Below, piece after piece: positions 62,387 through 64,000 of a stretch of DNA of 64,000 nucleotides (its first letter is position 1; each line of letters starts with the position of its first letter). Position numbers and translations under genes: made by a program. This DNA comes from a virus: IMG/VR virus record IMGVR_UViG_3300005403_000006; one strand, given 5' to 3'. A model generated the notes under the pieces. That model did no database searches. It was not told the DNA's origin and worked only from the letters and a program-made list of their open reading frames with translations.

Positions 62387-63957
62387 ATCAAATCAATTAC
62401 GGTGGCATTATCGTACTCCAAAAGTGTAATATCATAAGAATCCCTACAAACGTTATAAGAATACCCAATCAAAATAAATCCTTTATTTGCTTGTAAAGAA
62501 TCATAATAATAATGAAAAGGACGTAAAAAACTAATAGGATTAGCGGTTGCTACATTATATACCGTTCCTGTAATTTGCTGCCTTACTACATTATATCGCT
62601 GATATAATGCCTTCATTAACCATTCTACCAATGTAAATGTTATGGAATCTCCATTTTCACTCCATTCTGTTGTTCTTGTCAAGAATCCAGTTTGCATCAA
62701 AACACCATTCCTATAATTGTAGGAATCCATATCAAACAAATCCAAAGTTGTTTCAAATTTATTAATAAAGGACGTATTAGCATCACCTTCAATTACATTA
62801 TCTTGAAAATCCCCTGTTGCTGTGACAACCACATCACCGTACCATGCTTTAGCGCAAGGAATAGTGGTTTCTCCCGTCTGTTCTACTAATTCCTCGCAAA
62901 TTCCCAAAACAAAAGAAAAGTCTCCATCTAATTTAGGAAATTCTACCCCTACGCTTGGTATGTTTCCAATAGGTATGGATATAGATACCTCTACCACACA
63001 GGACATATCATCAAATTCCGTACCTGCAATATCCTCGTGTTGGATATATGTGGCAGGTACTGTGGATTCTACAAAATCCCAAGTAGTTCCTGCTCTTGTA
63101 ACATATCTATTAGTTGTATAATTAGCAACCCGCAGAAACCAATAAAACTTAAAATTGTAATCAGCCCAATCCCCCGACCATGTCCCAAAACTACCCTTTT
63201 CAGATGCAAACTTAAACTTAATAAGCAGGGTGGTATCTTCTCTAACAGTAGCAATAAAATTAGTATATAACCCATTAGGATAATTAGGTGGTGCATCTGC
63301 ATACGGAGTAATTCTATTAATGGAACTATTTATTCCATAATAAGGGTCTCCAAAAGTATTCGCCCATACTGCGGTACCATCATTATATCTTTGCCAATGC
63401 TTTCTTTCTGGATTTATAACATAATATAAGCCGGTTACAGGAGGTACTATTGACATATCACTACTAACCAAATTGAACAATAATTTATCATCCAAATTAA
63501 TAGTAATATACCGCATTCCCGGAACCGTTGATAAAATTTGTGATTGTCCTGTAAAAACAAGGTCTTGTAAATCACCTAGAACTCCTTTATTTATACTCAC
63601 ATAATCTTCACTTTCCCCTATATCATAAGATTCTCCTGTTTGATACTCAATATAATTTACTATATTATAATAATAAGCACTTTGTAAAATATCTCTGTAC
63701 CTATCAATATACCAATACCCATTCCACCAATATAAATAACAATCGAATGTAAGTAAAATTGATTGTAATATCTCAAGACTAGGCCTTCTTTTTACATTAT
63801 CTTCCCAAAATACTTCCGTATAAAATCCACAAGATGTAAATAAAGTATCACCAGAAGTAAATGTTTCTCCAACGGGTTGTAATGAACAATTTATCCTTAT
63901 ATTATATTCTGCCCCTACTGACCTAAGTATTTCATCAATGATACTGATAAACGACAT
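62383..63957 (-). CDS. tail/baseplate structural protein (start may lie beyond the window)
   Basis: 524 aa from the first ATG. The same frame remains open from 63958 to 64000, so the real start may lie upstream of the window. Confidence 0.45.
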   Translation of the reverse strand: MSFISIIDEILRSVGAEYNIRINCSLQPVGETFTSGDTLFTSCGFYTEVFWEDNVKRRPSLEILQSILLTFDCYLYWWNGYWYIDRYRDILQSAYYYNIVNYIEYQTGESYDIGESEDYVSINKGVLGDLQDLVFTGQSQILSTVPGMRYITINLDDKLLFNLVSSDMSIVPPVTGLYYVINPERKHWQRYNDGTAVWANTFGDPYYGINSSINRITPYADAPPNYPNGLYTNFIATVREDTTLLIKFKFASEKGSFGTWSGDWADYNFKFYWFLRVANYTTNRYVTRAGTTWDFVESTVPATYIQHEDIAGTEFDDMSCVVEVSISIPIGNIPSVGVEFPKLDGDFSFVLGICEELVEQTGETTIPCAKAWYGDVVVTATGDFQDNVIEGDANTSFINKFETTLDLFDMDSYNYRNGVLMQTGFLTRTTEWSENGDSITFTLVEWLMKALYQRYNVVRQQITGTVYNVATANPISFLRPFHYYYDSLQANKGFILIGYSYNVCRDSYDITLLEYDNATVIDLI

Positions 63958-64000
63958 GTTTTGTAAAGTATCTATACTTGGAGCAGTGACATATTCAAGT

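Overview
The window looks like most of the genome of a tailed dsDNA phage. It is low-GC and tightly packed, and almost every gene is on the minus strand. A Bacteroidota (possibly Flavobacteriia) host is suggested by repeated TTTG-N19-TAnnTTTG promoters, a Fibrobacter/Bacteroidetes-type paralogous domain in a tail-fibre protein, and a Listeria-Bacteroides repeat.

Reading the minus strand from 64000 down to 1, the layout is:
- Tail and tail-fibre genes (64000-60804).
- A lysis cassette (60785-58991).
- A large replication, recombination and nucleotide-modification module (58359-23810). It holds an SNF2 helicase, primase, initiator, DnaC-like loader, DnaB-like helicase, PolA, clamp and clamp loader, a gp32-like SSB, a RecA-like protein, a RuvC-like protein, a split SbcCD, and the full preQ1 pathway plus DpdA.
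- A roughly 3-kb repeat-rich control region (23809-20866) carrying the only plus-strand operon.
- Packaging and head genes (20865-12454).
- A roughly 10-kb glycan-biosynthesis island (12454-2195).
- Head-tail joining and tail genes (2205-1).

The most notable observations are:
1. A candidate circularly permuted (two-piece) tmRNA gene with its own promoter and terminator (47522-47797).
2. A GDP-fucose, methyltransferase, glycosyltransferase and sulfotransferase island embedded in the virion operon.
3. A bipartite 40-bp repeat present seven times, always on the non-coding-sense strand.
4. A Rad50/SbcC gene split at its zinc hook, with sbcD nested between the halves.
5. Short inverted and direct repeat elements bracketing small gene cassettes.
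6. A dsRBD gene that needs a -1 shift at a T8 run.
7. Iterons inside the initiator gene.

All functional calls come from motif recognition by eye; no database search or folding program was run.
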